A DNA stretch of 64,000 nt. Origin: an uncultured delta proteobacterium. Lineage in GTDB: Bacteria; Myxococcota_A; Polyangia; Haliangiales; Haliangiaceae. The notes under the pieces were generated by a model. That model was not told the origin of the DNA. It made no database searches and saw only the letters and a program-made list of their open reading frames with translations. How positions within the stretch are numbered: the first letter of the stretch is position 1; each line of letters begins with the position of its first letter. Below, one piece after another: positions 1-10,300 of the stretch. The DNA lies in the NCBI GenBank assembly GCA_963848295.1, contig CAWKDB010000004.1, positions 1 to 64,000 on the forward strand. The letters run 5' to 3'. Position numbers and translations under genes: made by a program.

Positions 1-135
1 GTGCGCCGTCTCTTGATGAAGAAGACGAAACACCTCGTCTACTACGTTCACGACGAAAACAACGCCGTCGTTTACGTCATCGCGGTGTGGGGAACGCCGA
101 AGGGTTCCGATCCGGTCCTTCGGGACCCTCGGTGA
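1..135 (+). CDS. RelE/ParE-family toxin, C-terminal part (truncated by window edge)
   Basis: Frame 1 reads VRRLLMKKTKHLVYYVHDENNAVVYVIAVWGTPKG...TGA, typical of a RelE/ParE C-terminus. Confidence 0.65.
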   Translation: MRRLLMKKTKHLVYYVHDENNAVVYVIAVWGTPKGSDPVLRDPR

Positions 136-186
136 ACTGTCTACGTTGCGAGGAGGTCGATCGCGATGGTCCCGATTACGAACCGC

Positions 187-200
187 CCCGTCGGGGTCGC
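187..200 (+). other. tRNA 3'-end-like sequence, possible att remnant
   Basis: CCCGTCGGGGTCGC resembles the T-stem/acceptor 3' end of tRNA-Glu-type genes and lies just past the integrase remnant; no full tRNA is present. Confidence 0.3.
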
Positions 201-238
201 TCTTTTTCGCCAACGTCTAGCAGCACTTCGCTCGGCCG

Positions 239-800
239 TCACAAGTGCTGTCCCAAGTAGCCGCTCATGATGTCCGACTTGGCGGCGTGAGTGACGACGC
301 GGTGAACCACGCGCGCAGGTCGTGGCCGCCGCGCGAGCGGTGCTCGCCCGCTTTGACGCGGAGCCCGAGTGTCGTCAGGTCGGTGGTCATCGAATGGCGA
401 CCGTCGGCCGCATCGACTGACGTCATGTTCCGCGTCGGCACGATCAAGTCGTCGGCGGTCGGAGCGCGGCCGTAGATGCGCTCCCAGTGCGAGAGCTTCC
501 ACGCGCCAAGGATCGCCGCGAGCGCCGGGTGTACGGGCACGCGCCGCGTAACCTCCGTCTTTGTCCGGCAGGTGTCGTAGCTCGTCGCGATGACGAGGCG
601 TCCTAGCTTCGAGCGTTGCGTCGTAGTGGCGCCAGCGAAGACCAGCCACCTCACCGTGGCGAAGACCAGCGATCGCCTTGAGCGCGTACGGAACCCGCCG
701 CTCGACCGGGACGCGCGCGTCGGAGATGAGCTGCTCGACCTCACTCACGGTAGACGTCGCGAGCATGCGCCACTCCGGGGCCCTGTCGACCTGCGCGGGT
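239..800 (-). pseudogene. Tyrosine recombinase/integrase remnant, frameshifted and N-terminally truncated
   Basis: Motifs are split over frames: AGLRHGEVAGLRW in ORF 239..895; TKT..RRVPVHP and HDLRAWF in ORF 265..744; THA...IMSGY back in the first frame. Confidence 0.8.
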
Positions 801-816
801 AGGCTCGCGTGCGCGG

Positions 817-1572
817 CTACATCGACTCGGAGATCCCGATCGAATAGCGATCGGCGTTGAACGGAATCGGCTGCTTCGGGCGCTCGACCCGGCACAGCGG
901 GGGCACGCTCGCGTCGGGAAAGTAACGCGCGACGATCTTGTCGAGATCGACGGTTTCACCGAGCGCGTGCGACCACTGCTGCGATGGCCACGCGGTGTAG
1001 TCGTCGTGCTCGCTGCAGATCTCGTCGATCGACGCGGGAAACACGAGCTCGCCGTCGCGAAACTGGGCGTAGATGCCGGTGCAGGAATGATCTCCGTAGC
1101 CGAGCAGGAATGCCTCGCCGCCGCGGCTGAGCTCACGAGCGAGCTCGGCGCAGCTCGCCTCGGTCTCGCTGTCGGATTGGGCTTCGGTCGCGGGGGCGGA
1201 CTTCGCCTGCGTGTCGTGAATCGACCCGCGCGCGAGTGACCACGCTTGCTGCACTACATCGGCGAGCGAGCCGCCATTCGCTGCCGATGCGCGAGCAGCC
1301 GCGAGTTCCGACTCGGGAAAGAATAGACCGGTCTTCGCGGGGTGCACGTCGGAGTCGGCTTCAGCCGCGTCAGTGTCGTCGTCGGAGTCGCCGCGCTGAT
1401 CGTCGTAGAACGCGATCATGTGCAAGTCGCGCGCGATCGGCGACTTCACTTCCGCCGCGATTGCATGGCGAAACAGGTCCGCGTATGGCGTGTATCGCGT
1501 GATCAGCTCGGCGAGACGCTCTACTGAAGCCGGCTTGCCGCGATACGCGACGAGCTCAAAGTCGATCCCCAT
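817..1572 (-). CDS. Hypothetical protein
   Basis: 251-aa ORF with protein-like composition; TATACT box 7 nt upstream of the ATG. Confidence 0.7.
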   Translation of the reverse strand: MGIDFELVAYRGKPASVERLAELITRYTPYADLFRHAIAAEVKSPIARDLHMIAFYDDQRGDSDDDTDAAEADSDVHPAKTGLFFPESELAAARASAANGGSLADVVQQAWSLARGSIHDTQAKSAPATEAQSDSETEASCAELARELSRGGEAFLLGYGDHSCTGIYAQFRDGELVFPASIDEICSEHDDYTAWPSQQWSHALGETVDLDKIVARYFPDASVPPLCRVERPKQPIPFNADRYSIGISESM

Positions 1573-2000
1573 CGCGGCGAGTATAAGCGTTGGCGGTGCA
1601 CGTGCAAATGAGGCGCGAGCGCAGCTTCCAAAGCGATGCTGGCTAGGCGTCGGCGTGAGCGCGAGCCCACGGACCAGGGAGCAGCTCGTCGAGCTGGCGC
1701 TTCAGGTGGTCCTGCAGTCACCAAGCCCGACACGCTGCCGAAACGACAGCCGATGGTCTAGGCACCGCCGGCCGTAGGCCTCGCTTCGGCGAGGTTGCAG
1801 GTGGAGCTTCGGCCGCATCGGTTAACCATTGTTACAATCGAGCGCCGGCTGCGACGGCGTCATGGCGACGGACGTCCTTCACCTCGCGAAGCTCGTCGCG
1901 ATCGCCACCGTTATCGCGTTGCTCGGCTCGGCTAAAGCACGCGCCGGTCGAGAAGGATGGCTTCGACGAGACGTGACGATCTGATACGTTCCCCTCCCCG

Positions 2001-2147
2001 ATGAACGCCAACAAGACAACGAAGCATACGACCGCAACCGCGGGCGGTGATCCCGCCACACGCATCAAGCAGATCGCGTTCGAGCGCGAACGCCGACGCG
2101 CGAAACGCGCGCTCCTCAAGCGGCGCCGAGCGAAATCCGGTCAATAG
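2001..2147 (+). CDS. Possible small basic protein (48 aa)
   Basis: Manual ORF MNANKTTKHT...RIKQIAFERERRRAKRALLKRRRAKSGQ. Confidence 0.3.
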   Translation: MNANKTTKHTTATAGGDPATRIKQIAFERERRRAKRALLKRRRAKSGQ

Positions 2148-2642
2148 CAGGCTGCGGGCTAGCGGTCGCCATGCGCATCGATGCCGTACTTGTATCGAGA
2201 CAGGTCCGCGCGGTCGGTCTCACCGACGATCGTGACTGTCAGCATCGGAAGCATCGCGAGGTTCAAGGCAAGTGCGACGAAGCCGGTACTGCGAGGCCCA
2301 GGGCTCGAGCGGCGACATCCACCATCTCGGCGGCGGTTGCGGCGCATTTCCGGCGTCGCCACAATCGATCGATCCGCCGGCCGACGCAGCAACTCGTTCT
2401 GCATCCTCGACGCATCGAGCTCCGACCAAGCCGGCGAGTCGCCGTGGCACTACGAGCTCCACGTTCGAGTCAGCAAGACCGATCGCACGATCGATTTCTC
2501 AACGGTCGCTTGCCCAGGTGGGTGATCACCTCGGCATCGGCGGTCTCGAAGCAAATGGCCCGCGTGCCAACCCATCGCGAGCGAGGATGCTGCGCCGATT
2601 TCGCACTGCCGCGCGTTGTCGGCCCGCTCGCGCGGGCCGACA

Positions 2643-3590
2643 TCACAGGCGCTGGGTGCCCTTCTTCCGGGCGAGGTACGGCGCCCAGTCGAAGTCGAGC
2701 GGCGTCACGGAGAGGATCCCGCGCAGCGTTCGCTTCAGGGCCTCGCGGTAGCCGGCGTGGCCAAACGCGAGCCCCAGGTTCATCACGCGGTTCGCGAGGA
2801 AGCGCATCCGCGCCGGAAGCGCTCGATCGTACGCGGTGAGCAGCCAGAACCCTTCCTGCTTGTCGTCGTCCCAGTCACCCGTCTTCATCCAGTGCTCGAC
2901 GTGGCGCGCTAGCAAGGCTTCATCGACGGGCCCGTCCGGCACGGGCAGGTACATGAACGCCGGCATGTCCGCGCGCGGGCACCATTGGTTGGGCGAATGC
3001 GGCTCGTCGTCGCGCGCCTTGTCGGCCCGGCCGCGCAGGCTCTTCAGCACCAACGTCACGTCCGGAAAGCGGATCAGGAGCTCCTTCTCGCTGCTATGTG
3101 TAAGGTCGGCACAGCTGAGCGACGTCACATTCGACAGGCCGATCAGCATGACCAGCTCATCCCGGAGCGTTTCGAGCTCGGTGGCGGGTTCGCGCGCGCT
3201 CTGTAGGACCTTGTCGAGTGCTCGAGCCTTGCGCGCGTCGAGTACGCCGAGCTGGGCGAACGCGGCCGCAGTCGCGCTCGGATCTGGAAGCTCGTCACCC
3301 GGCTCGCGGCGCCGCTGTAGATCGATCGTGACCACACAGGTGCCGCGGTCGAACCCGCGGATCCACAGACCGTGATCCTCGGCGTAGGTGTAGTGAACGA
3401 GCACGCCAGGGTTGTGCTTCACGACGTCATCGATCGGCGCGCCGGCCTCGCTGGCACCGTCCACGAGGAACGGGACGAAGGCGGTCGAGGTCGGCAGCAC
3501 CGCACCGTAGCGACGCGCGGCGCGTAGGAGCCTCGCCACGTCCGCAGGGTCCGCGGTCCGAAGGTGGTAGCTGTCGCTGAACTCGCTCAT
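2643..3590 (-). CDS. Hypothetical protein
   Basis: Long ORF with protein-like composition; likely start MSEFSDSYHL. Confidence 0.7.
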   Translation of the reverse strand: MSEFSDSYHLRTADPADVARLLRAARRYGAVLPTSTAFVPFLVDGASEAGAPIDDVVKHNPGVLVHYTYAEDHGLWIRGFDRGTCVVTIDLQRRREPGDELPDPSATAAAFAQLGVLDARKARALDKVLQSAREPATELETLRDELVMLIGLSNVTSLSCADLTHSSEKELLIRFPDVTLVLKSLRGRADKARDDEPHSPNQWCPRADMPAFMYLPVPDGPVDEALLARHVEHWMKTGDWDDDKQEGFWLLTAYDRALPARMRFLANRVMNLGLAFGHAGYREALKRTLRGILSVTPLDFDWAPYLARKKGTQRL

Positions 3591-3862
3591 TTCGAAGCCA
3601 CCGGGACGCTCCGGCGAATGACTGTGCACGTGGGCGGAAGTTGAGACGTGATGTGCAGGATCATCTCAGACTGTCACAGGGCCGGCATAAAGGCCGCCTA
3701 TCACGCATATCGCAACCTCGAGTCGCGGCTGCCACGCCACAAGTCGCCGACGGCTTCACCGAGGACCAGCAGTGTTGCGCCGTTTGGTGGCCGCTTCGCG
3801 AATGTGACGCACCCGCTTGGCCGCCGGACGCGCTGCGCTCCGGCCGACATACGCAAACCGGC

Positions 3863-4411
3863 TTACCCCAGCGCCACGATCAGCTTCTTGAGACTAGGGG
3901 CCGCGAACCCGGCGGCCTGTCGCGGAGCGAACGCGCCGAACACCAGCGCTCCGATGATGAAGGAGAGCACGGCCGACGAGTCGTGCACGCCAAGAGCGCC
4001 GCCTGATAGTCGGCCGATCACGTCGACCTCGGAGGCGAGATGCCTTCGCATCCGGTCGAACAGCGCGGGGTCTCGCACCGCCTCGGCGAACAGTCCGACC
4101 CAGCAGCGCGCCGAGACAACGTCCGAGGTTTCGTCGAGGGCCAAGGCAGCCTCTGCGTAGTTGTCGAGAGACGTCGTGTTGTGGCTGCGACTCCGGGTCC
4201 GCTGCCGGAATCGAGCGATCAAGGTTTCGAGTAGGCTACCCACCATCTCCTGCTTGCTCTCGAAGTGATGGTGTAGCAGCCCCGGTGTGACACCGGCCTC
4301 CGCCGCCACAGCGGTGATGGTCGCGCCGGCATAGCCATGGTCGGCAAGTACCCGTGCAAACGCGCTGAGGATCGCCGCACGGCGTTCGGCTCGCATGCTC
4401 GGGCGCCCCAT
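3863..4411 (-). CDS. TetR-family regulator (BetI-like)
   Basis: N-terminal HTH ATITAVAAEAGVTPGLLHHHFESK. Confidence 0.9.
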   Translation of the reverse strand: MGRPSMRAERRAAILSAFARVLADHGYAGATITAVAAEAGVTPGLLHHHFESKQEMVGSLLETLIARFRQRTRSRSHNTTSLDNYAEAALALDETSDVVSARCWVGLFAEAVRDPALFDRMRRHLASEVDVIGRLSGGALGVHDSSAVLSFIIGALVFGAFAPRQAAGFAAPSLKKLIVALG

Positions 4412-4416
4412 TTAGC

Positions 4417-4432
4417 TTGGTTGTACATCCAA
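4417..4432. promoter_or_regulatory. Probable TetR operator
   Basis: Near-palindrome TTGGTTGTACATCCAA immediately upstream of tetR, between divergent genes. Confidence 0.55.
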
Positions 4433-4462
4433 TCTATAGTTCGTACCGTCAAATTCGTCCCG

Positions 4463-4960
4463 ATGGATGGAATCAATACACGCGTGGCCGCAGTGAACGC
4501 GATCTGGGACCGAGCCGTCCGCAGGCAACGCTGGGCGTCGCGAGTCGAATGCCTGGTCGGATTGACCGTCGTTGCGGTGATCACGGTCTGGAGCCGGTCG
4601 CCGATGTGGCTCTTCAGCCTGTGTGGAGTACCGCTGGATGTGAATCCTTTCGGCGGGCCATCGCTGATGCGCCGGGGACTTGTTCCAACCCGCTCGCCGC
4701 GAGCCACCGTAGTGTTGTCGAAGGATGCGGTGCGAGTTTGGGTATCAGGCACGACCTGCGTCGTTCCCAAGAGCGCGATCGTCGGTGCGGAATACCGTTT
4801 TCAGAATGGGTTCACAGTACTTCGCGGTTACGACGATGTCCTGTTGCTGAAGGTCGGTGAGTCTGTTCCGCTCGTGGTGCCGGGGAGCGCACACGGGTTC
4901 AGCGAGCTGCTTCACTGGCTCGATGTCAACGCCTTGACCACGCGCACGGAGGTCGAGTGA
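4463..4960 (+). CDS. Hypothetical membrane protein
   Basis: ORF divergent from tetR with a hydrophobic segment CLVGLTVVAVITVW. Confidence 0.5.
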   Translation: MDGINTRVAAVNAIWDRAVRRQRWASRVECLVGLTVVAVITVWSRSPMWLFSLCGVPLDVNPFGGPSLMRRGLVPTRSPRATVVLSKDAVRVWVSGTTCVVPKSAIVGAEYRFQNGFTVLRGYDDVLLLKVGESVPLVVPGSAHGFSELLHWLDVNALTTRTEVE

Positions 4961-5209
4961 TTTCTCGGCAGGCGCGAACGCCGCCACCAACGAGGCGGTA
5001 CGCGAGCGAGCACTTCATTTTCTCCGCGCGCGGCGGGGGAACGGGTCGTGACGTGCTCGGGACCAGTAGCCGAGACCACGCTTTCGAGGTTCGCATCGCC
5101 GCTGATCCGCCAGACCTTGCGCGCACTGTCGGGCGTACGCGCCGGGTGAAGGTCAGCCGTTCGGGGAACAGAACGAGGAACACCTCCCGGAGGTCGCGAC
5201 GGTCTCATT

Positions 5210-5346
5210 GTCGATGAGCTCGAGCGTGCGTCACGCTGCTCGAGAACAGTCCCGACATCGGCACGATGTCTCATGGCACGAACGTGGTGGGCGTTCGCCG
5301 GCTCCTGATGAAGCTGACGAAGCACCTCGTCTACTGCGTTCATGAA
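5210..5346 (+). pseudogene. Degenerate RelE/ParE toxin copy
   Basis: VDELERA / frameshift / VTLLENSPDIG...VRRLLMKLTKHLVYCVHE; 5293-5346 aligns with bases 1-54. Confidence 0.65.
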
Positions 5347-5375
5347 GCCGCGTCGAGCTTGATCGAAGGGGAGGG

Positions 5376-5419
5376 CGCAGGTCTTGCGCTCGACGCTGGG
5401 CCGCCGCGCAAATCTCGCG
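5376..5419. promoter_or_regulatory. Paired CGCA-N5-TGCG enhancer-like sites
   Basis: CGCAGGTCTTGCG (5376) and CGCAAATCTCGCG (5407), 31 bp apart. Confidence 0.65.
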
Positions 5420-5449
5420 CGAAATGTCCCGGTGCTGAAGCGATCCGGC

Positions 5450-5465
5450 TGGCACACGACGTGCT
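5450..5465 (+). promoter_or_regulatory. Sigma-54 promoter
   Basis: TGGCACACGACGTGCT; ATG 14 nt after the -12 C. Confidence 0.75.
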
Positions 5466-5477
5466 GTTCAGATCGCG

Positions 5478-6056
5478 ATGAGCACGCAAGACGTCGCGCA
5501 TGAGGAATCCCCCATTTCTGTCGATCCATTTGGCGGCGACGTCGAGCGCCGCACCTCGATCGAGCTGACCACGCTCGCGATCTCGCCGCCGACCGTGTCG
5601 ATCGCGACGCCGATGACGTTTGCGGCCACCGCGGATCAGGTCTGGGACCGACTGATGTTCTACGAGCAGCTGGACGGTCGGCCGCCGTTCCATCTGCGCT
5701 TGCTGTTGCCGGTTCCGATCCGCACGATCGGTGACAAGTCCCACGTCGGTGACGAAGCGCGCTGCGTCTATGAAGGGGGCCACCTGATCAAGCGCATCAC
5801 GCAGATCGATCGCGGACGGATCTATGCGTTCGAAGTCGTCGAGCAAGCGCTCGAGGTCGGCGGTGGCATGAAGCTCCTGGGCGGCGAATACAGGCTCGAC
5901 GAGATCACACCGGGCACGACGGAGGTGACGCTCTCGACCCGTTACACGAGCACGAAGCGGCCGCGTTGGCTGTGGCGACCGATCGAGGCCGCGGTCTGTC
6001 ACTCGTTCCATCGCCACATCCTGCGCACGATGCGCCGCGACGTGGAGTCGCGCTGA
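5478..6056 (+). CDS. SRPBCC/START-like domain protein
   Basis: ATADQVWDRL...YAFEV...TEVTLSTRY...FHRHILRTMR pattern. Confidence 0.7.
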   Translation: MSTQDVAHEESPISVDPFGGDVERRTSIELTTLAISPPTVSIATPMTFAATADQVWDRLMFYEQLDGRPPFHLRLLLPVPIRTIGDKSHVGDEARCVYEGGHLIKRITQIDRGRIYAFEVVEQALEVGGGMKLLGGEYRLDEITPGTTEVTLSTRYTSTKRPRWLWRPIEAAVCHSFHRHILRTMRRDVESR

Positions 6057-6057
6057 C

Positions 6058-6417
6058 ATGGTGCCGCGACTCCTCATGCGCAGCGCCGTCGCCGGCGTGT
6101 GGATCTACGAAGGCCTGTGGTGCAAGCTGCTCGGTCACGAGCCTCGCCAGGTCCAGGTCGTCGAGGCGGTGCCGGTGTTCGGTCCGCGCTTCGGTCCCAT
6201 GTTCTTGAAGGCGCTCGGCGTCGTCGAGGTCGGGATCGGCGTGTGGACGCTCAGTGGCGTCGCACCGGTGCTGTGCGCGCTCGTGCAGACACTGCTGTTG
6301 GTCACGCTCAACGCGAACGGCCTGTTGTGGGCACGGCACATCATCCACGACCCCGGCGGGATGGTGGTCAAGAACTTCGCGCTGCTGGTGCTCGCATGGG
6401 TCGCGGCGTTGCGATGA
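6058..6417 (+). CDS. DoxX-like membrane protein
   Basis: AGVWIYEGLWCKL...DPGGMVVKNF with 3-4 hydrophobic helices. Confidence 0.75.
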   Translation: MVPRLLMRSAVAGVWIYEGLWCKLLGHEPRQVQVVEAVPVFGPRFGPMFLKALGVVEVGIGVWTLSGVAPVLCALVQTLLLVTLNANGLLWARHIIHDPGGMVVKNFALLVLAWVAALR

Positions 6418-7313
6418 TGGCGAGCTCCGACACGCCGTGGGAGCGCGGCCGGTTCGACACGCGTGGTGGCCCGAGCAAGGTGTTGTTCGGGCGCATGTAC
6501 GAAGACACGGCGATCGAGCTGAATGCGTTCGCGCAGCGCGGCCGCGTGTTCTGCATTGCCTCTGCCGGTTGTACTGCCTTGAAACTCGCGTCTCGCCACG
6601 ACGTCGTCGCCGTCGACATCAACGCGATCCAGCTCGAATATGCTCGGCAGCGGATCGCGGGCGCTCCGGCGATCCGAGGTACCGCGGAGCGGATCATGGG
6701 CCTCGGTCGCGCACTCGCGCCGTTGGTCGGCTGGTCGCGGTCGCTCGTGCACGCATTCCTCGATCTCGACGCGCCGGCGGAACAGATGGCGTTCTGGCGC
6801 CGGCATCTCGACACCCGGCGGTTCCGCACGACGGTCGACGGTCTGCTGTCGCTCACGGCCCTACGCCGGATCTATGCGGCCCCGTTGCTGGCGTTCCTGC
6901 CACCGCATCTGGGCGGCGTGATGCGCGGACGGATGGAGCGGTGCTTCGCGCACCATTCCAATCGCGATAACCCGTATGCGCGGGCGTTGCTGCTGGGCGA
7001 GCTCGATGAGCTGGCGACGCAGGCGGCGTCGCATGCGATCCAGCTCGCCCATGCCGATGCGGCCGAGTTTCTCGAGCACGAGCCGGCGGGGACGTTCGCG
7101 GGCTTCACGCTCTCCAACATTCTCGACGGTGCGGACGACGGCTATCGTCGGCGTCTGTGCGCCGCGGTGAAGCGTGCGGCTACGCCCGATGCCATCGTCG
7201 TGATGCGTAGCTTTCGCGAGCCCGCGGTTGCGTTCGCGGACAATCGCGCGGCGGCGGATCGCTCGATGATCTGGGGCATCGTCGACGTGCGACCGGCGGC
7301 GACGCTGATCTGA
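6414..7313 (+). CDS. DUF3419/BtaA-like SAM-dependent transferase
   Basis: LFGRMYED, CIASAGC, VAVDIN and LSNILD motifs; ATGA overlap with the upstream gene. Confidence 0.75.
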   Translation: MMASSDTPWERGRFDTRGGPSKVLFGRMYEDTAIELNAFAQRGRVFCIASAGCTALKLASRHDVVAVDINAIQLEYARQRIAGAPAIRGTAERIMGLGRALAPLVGWSRSLVHAFLDLDAPAEQMAFWRRHLDTRRFRTTVDGLLSLTALRRIYAAPLLAFLPPHLGGVMRGRMERCFAHHSNRDNPYARALLLGELDELATQAASHAIQLAHADAAEFLEHEPAGTFAGFTLSNILDGADDGYRRRLCAAVKRAATPDAIVVMRSFREPAVAFADNRAAADRSMIWGIVDVRPAATLI

Positions 7314-7348
7314 CCTCGGACAAGTGCACGTTTCGTCCGCCTTCCGAC

Positions 7349-10300
7349 TCACGCGGTCGCCGGTGCGGGATTCCCTCGCAGGTACGCGATCAACGGATCC
7401 TTCACGAGCTTGACGACGTCGGGGAGCATGTGGGGCAACAGTGCGTCCATGACCCCCGGGATCATCTGCGGCATCTGCGCTGCCATGTATTCGGGCATCG
7501 GTACCGATGCGGTGATCCGGTCGAGCATGACCGGTAGCAGCTCGGGCATCATCTTCGGAAGCAGAAACGCGAACAGGACGCCGAACATCGGCTTCATCGC
7601 GCGGAGCACGCCCGGAACCTTGCCGAACAACCGCATCACACGGCCCAACCCCCACGGCATCGCGGCGATCAGCTCGGGCCACATCGTCGCCAGGAGGCCA
7701 GCGAATCCCTCCGGGGTCAGCAGCGCGATCATCTTCTCGAACACGGCCCACTGCGCGCGGACCTCGGGATGCGGATCGGGCAGCTTGTAGCCGAGCCGCT
7801 CGGCGGCGAAGTGCGCGAGATCGACGACCTCGACATCGACCTTCCGCGCGTCGGCGCTGACGCGGAGCTGGAACTCGCAGCACGGGCACAAGGCGACGAC
7901 CTTCTCGGCGCCGACGGCAATCGCTTCGTCGAGCCGTGTCTTGCCGACATCGGCGGCGACGGCGGGATCCTTGAGCAAGGTGAGCACCGAGCCGCAGCAG
8001 TGCGCGTGCTCGCGATTGTGCTCCATCTCGCGGAGCTCGACATCGGGGAGCGCCGCGAGCAGCTCGCGCGGCGGCTCGTACACGCCCGAAGCGCGACCGA
8101 TGTGGCAGCTGTCGTGCCACGTCACGACGTCGAGGTGACGCTTGCCGTCGCCGACCGGTTTCGGAAACTGGAACGTCCCGGCCTCGAGCTTCTCGGACAC
8201 CAGCTCGGAGTAGTGCTTCGTGGTGATCGCGTAATCGATGCCGAGCTTCTCCGCCCACTCGGGATAGACCTTGCGCCACATCATGTCGCACGCCGGGCAG
8301 GACGTGATGACCGTGTCGGCGCCGGCTTCCTTCACTGCCGCCACGTTCTTCTTCATGGTCTCGGCGAACACGTCCCACTTGCCGGCGGCGAGCATCGGTG
8401 TCGCGCAACAGTTCTCTTGCTCGGCGAGGTAGGTGAAGTCAACGCCCGCCGCGTCGAGCAAGCGCACGCTGCCGATCCCGATGTCCTGCTCGACATAGCT
8501 CGCGGTGCACCCCGCGAAGTACACGTTCTTGCTCTTGTGCGACGGGCCGTGCGTGGCCTTCAGGTCCTCGGGAAACCACGCCGCGCGGTCCTTGCGATAG
8601 CCAGCCCAGATGTCGCCTTCAGCCCGCGTGGCGGCCTTCATGATCTCGAACGGCGGGAACGTCATGCGCCCCTCGTCCTGGATCAGCCGGCCGCGGAGCT
8701 TCATCCACGATGGCTCGACGGGCAATGCTTCCGGACAGCGGACGTTGCACAGCTCGCACGTCGTGCACGCGAGGAACGAGTCGACCATCTTCTGGCTCAT
8801 CTCCTCCTTGTGCTCGATGTACTCGCGCAAGAAGAACCACTTGCCGCGCGGCGACTGGCTCTCCCAGCCACGACCGTAGAACTGGTCGCATTCGTCGACG
8901 CAATACCCGCACTGCGAGCACGCGTAGGCGTACTCCACGACATCCGCCGGGATGCCGCGCTTGTCGCCATGTCGGCGCTCGCCCGGCTCGCTCTTCACGC
9001 GGTTGGCGACGAACCGCACGACCGGCTCGAACGCCTCGGCCGCGCGCACGGCCGTCGAGAGCACCCCCGCGCCGATCACCTTGCCCGGATTCATCACGCC
9101 TTCGGGATCCACGTCGTGCTTGAATCGTTCGAGCCGGTCGAGCGCTTCGGCACCGAGCACGTCGCGCGCCTTGTGGCGGAAGTACAGGCCGGTGCTGTAC
9201 GCGCGGCCGCCGTGGTGCTCGGCGATCTTGATCACGCTGAGCGCGAGCCCGAACGCGAGATCATAGCCGAGCGTGCGCTCGTCTTGCGGAATGAACCCGA
9301 GCAGCACGATCTCGGGCTCGCCGTTCGCGCCGCGCGCGACCGCGATCCCGTCGAGGACGAGCGGCTGATCGATCTTCGAACGCAGGTCTTCCAAGGTCTC
9401 GCGCAAGGTCTCGAGCGGGACCACGACCTCGGCGGGCACGAGCGACGGGCCGAGGCGCTTGACGCGCATGATGCGGAATCGATCGTCCCACTCGTGACGC
9501 GCGAGCTCGTCCGCGAGCCGTTCGGCGTGCGCGGTCCTGATCAATTCATCGAGCCGCGACGCCGTGGTCTCGGCATCGGCTGCACGCATCGCGAGCATGA
9601 CCAGGTAGCACACGGGCATCTCGACGTTGTCCTCGCGCGGATGCGCGCGCGGCGGACAGCGATTGGTGAGCTCGATCATCGCCGGATCGACAAACCCGAG
9701 CGACCAGATCGGAAGCTTCGCGGCGACCACACCGTCGAGCAGCGCCGCGAGCGAGACCGGATCCGGGCAGCGCACGCCGACGATCGCGAGCGGCTCCTGC
9801 GCCATCACGCGCAGCGTGACCTCCGAGATGAAACCCGTGATGCCCTCCGCACCGGAGACCACGTCGAGCTCGGCGCCCTCGAGGACGCGCACTTCACCCG
9901 ACGGCAACACCAGCCGTGCCGAGATGACATTGTCGCGAAACCAGCCGAACTCGTACGAACCGTAGCCGGCACCGCCTTGGGCGAGCCAGCCGCCGACGGT
10001 CGCCGACGGGTACGAGCTCGGGTAGAGCCGCAGCGTCAGTCCGTGCGTGCCGAGCTCGCGATCGAGCCGCTCCCACACGATGCTCGGCTCGACCGTCACG
10101 GTTCGTGCGGCGGGATCGACGCGAACGACGCGAGTCATGCGACGTAGGTCGACGACGAGCCCGCGATTCACCGGGACGACACCGCCGTAGCCGGAGGTGG
10201 CCTTCGCGCGAGGCGTGAGCGGTACGCCATGCTCCGCGGCCCAGCGAACGAGCTCGATCAGCTCGGCTTCGGTTTGCGGTTGGACGACCGCATCGGGAAC

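Noticed and set aside
2181..2525. 114-aa ORF with a plausible C-terminus
   Set aside because: The N-terminal half looks non-coding and no family is recognisable; possibly a remnant.
7769..10147. 792-aa plus-strand ORF and similar long ORFs (14509-16641, 19554-20855, 45522-47942)
   Set aside because: Antisense shadows of well-supported genes, expected in high-GC DNA; no recognisable motifs.
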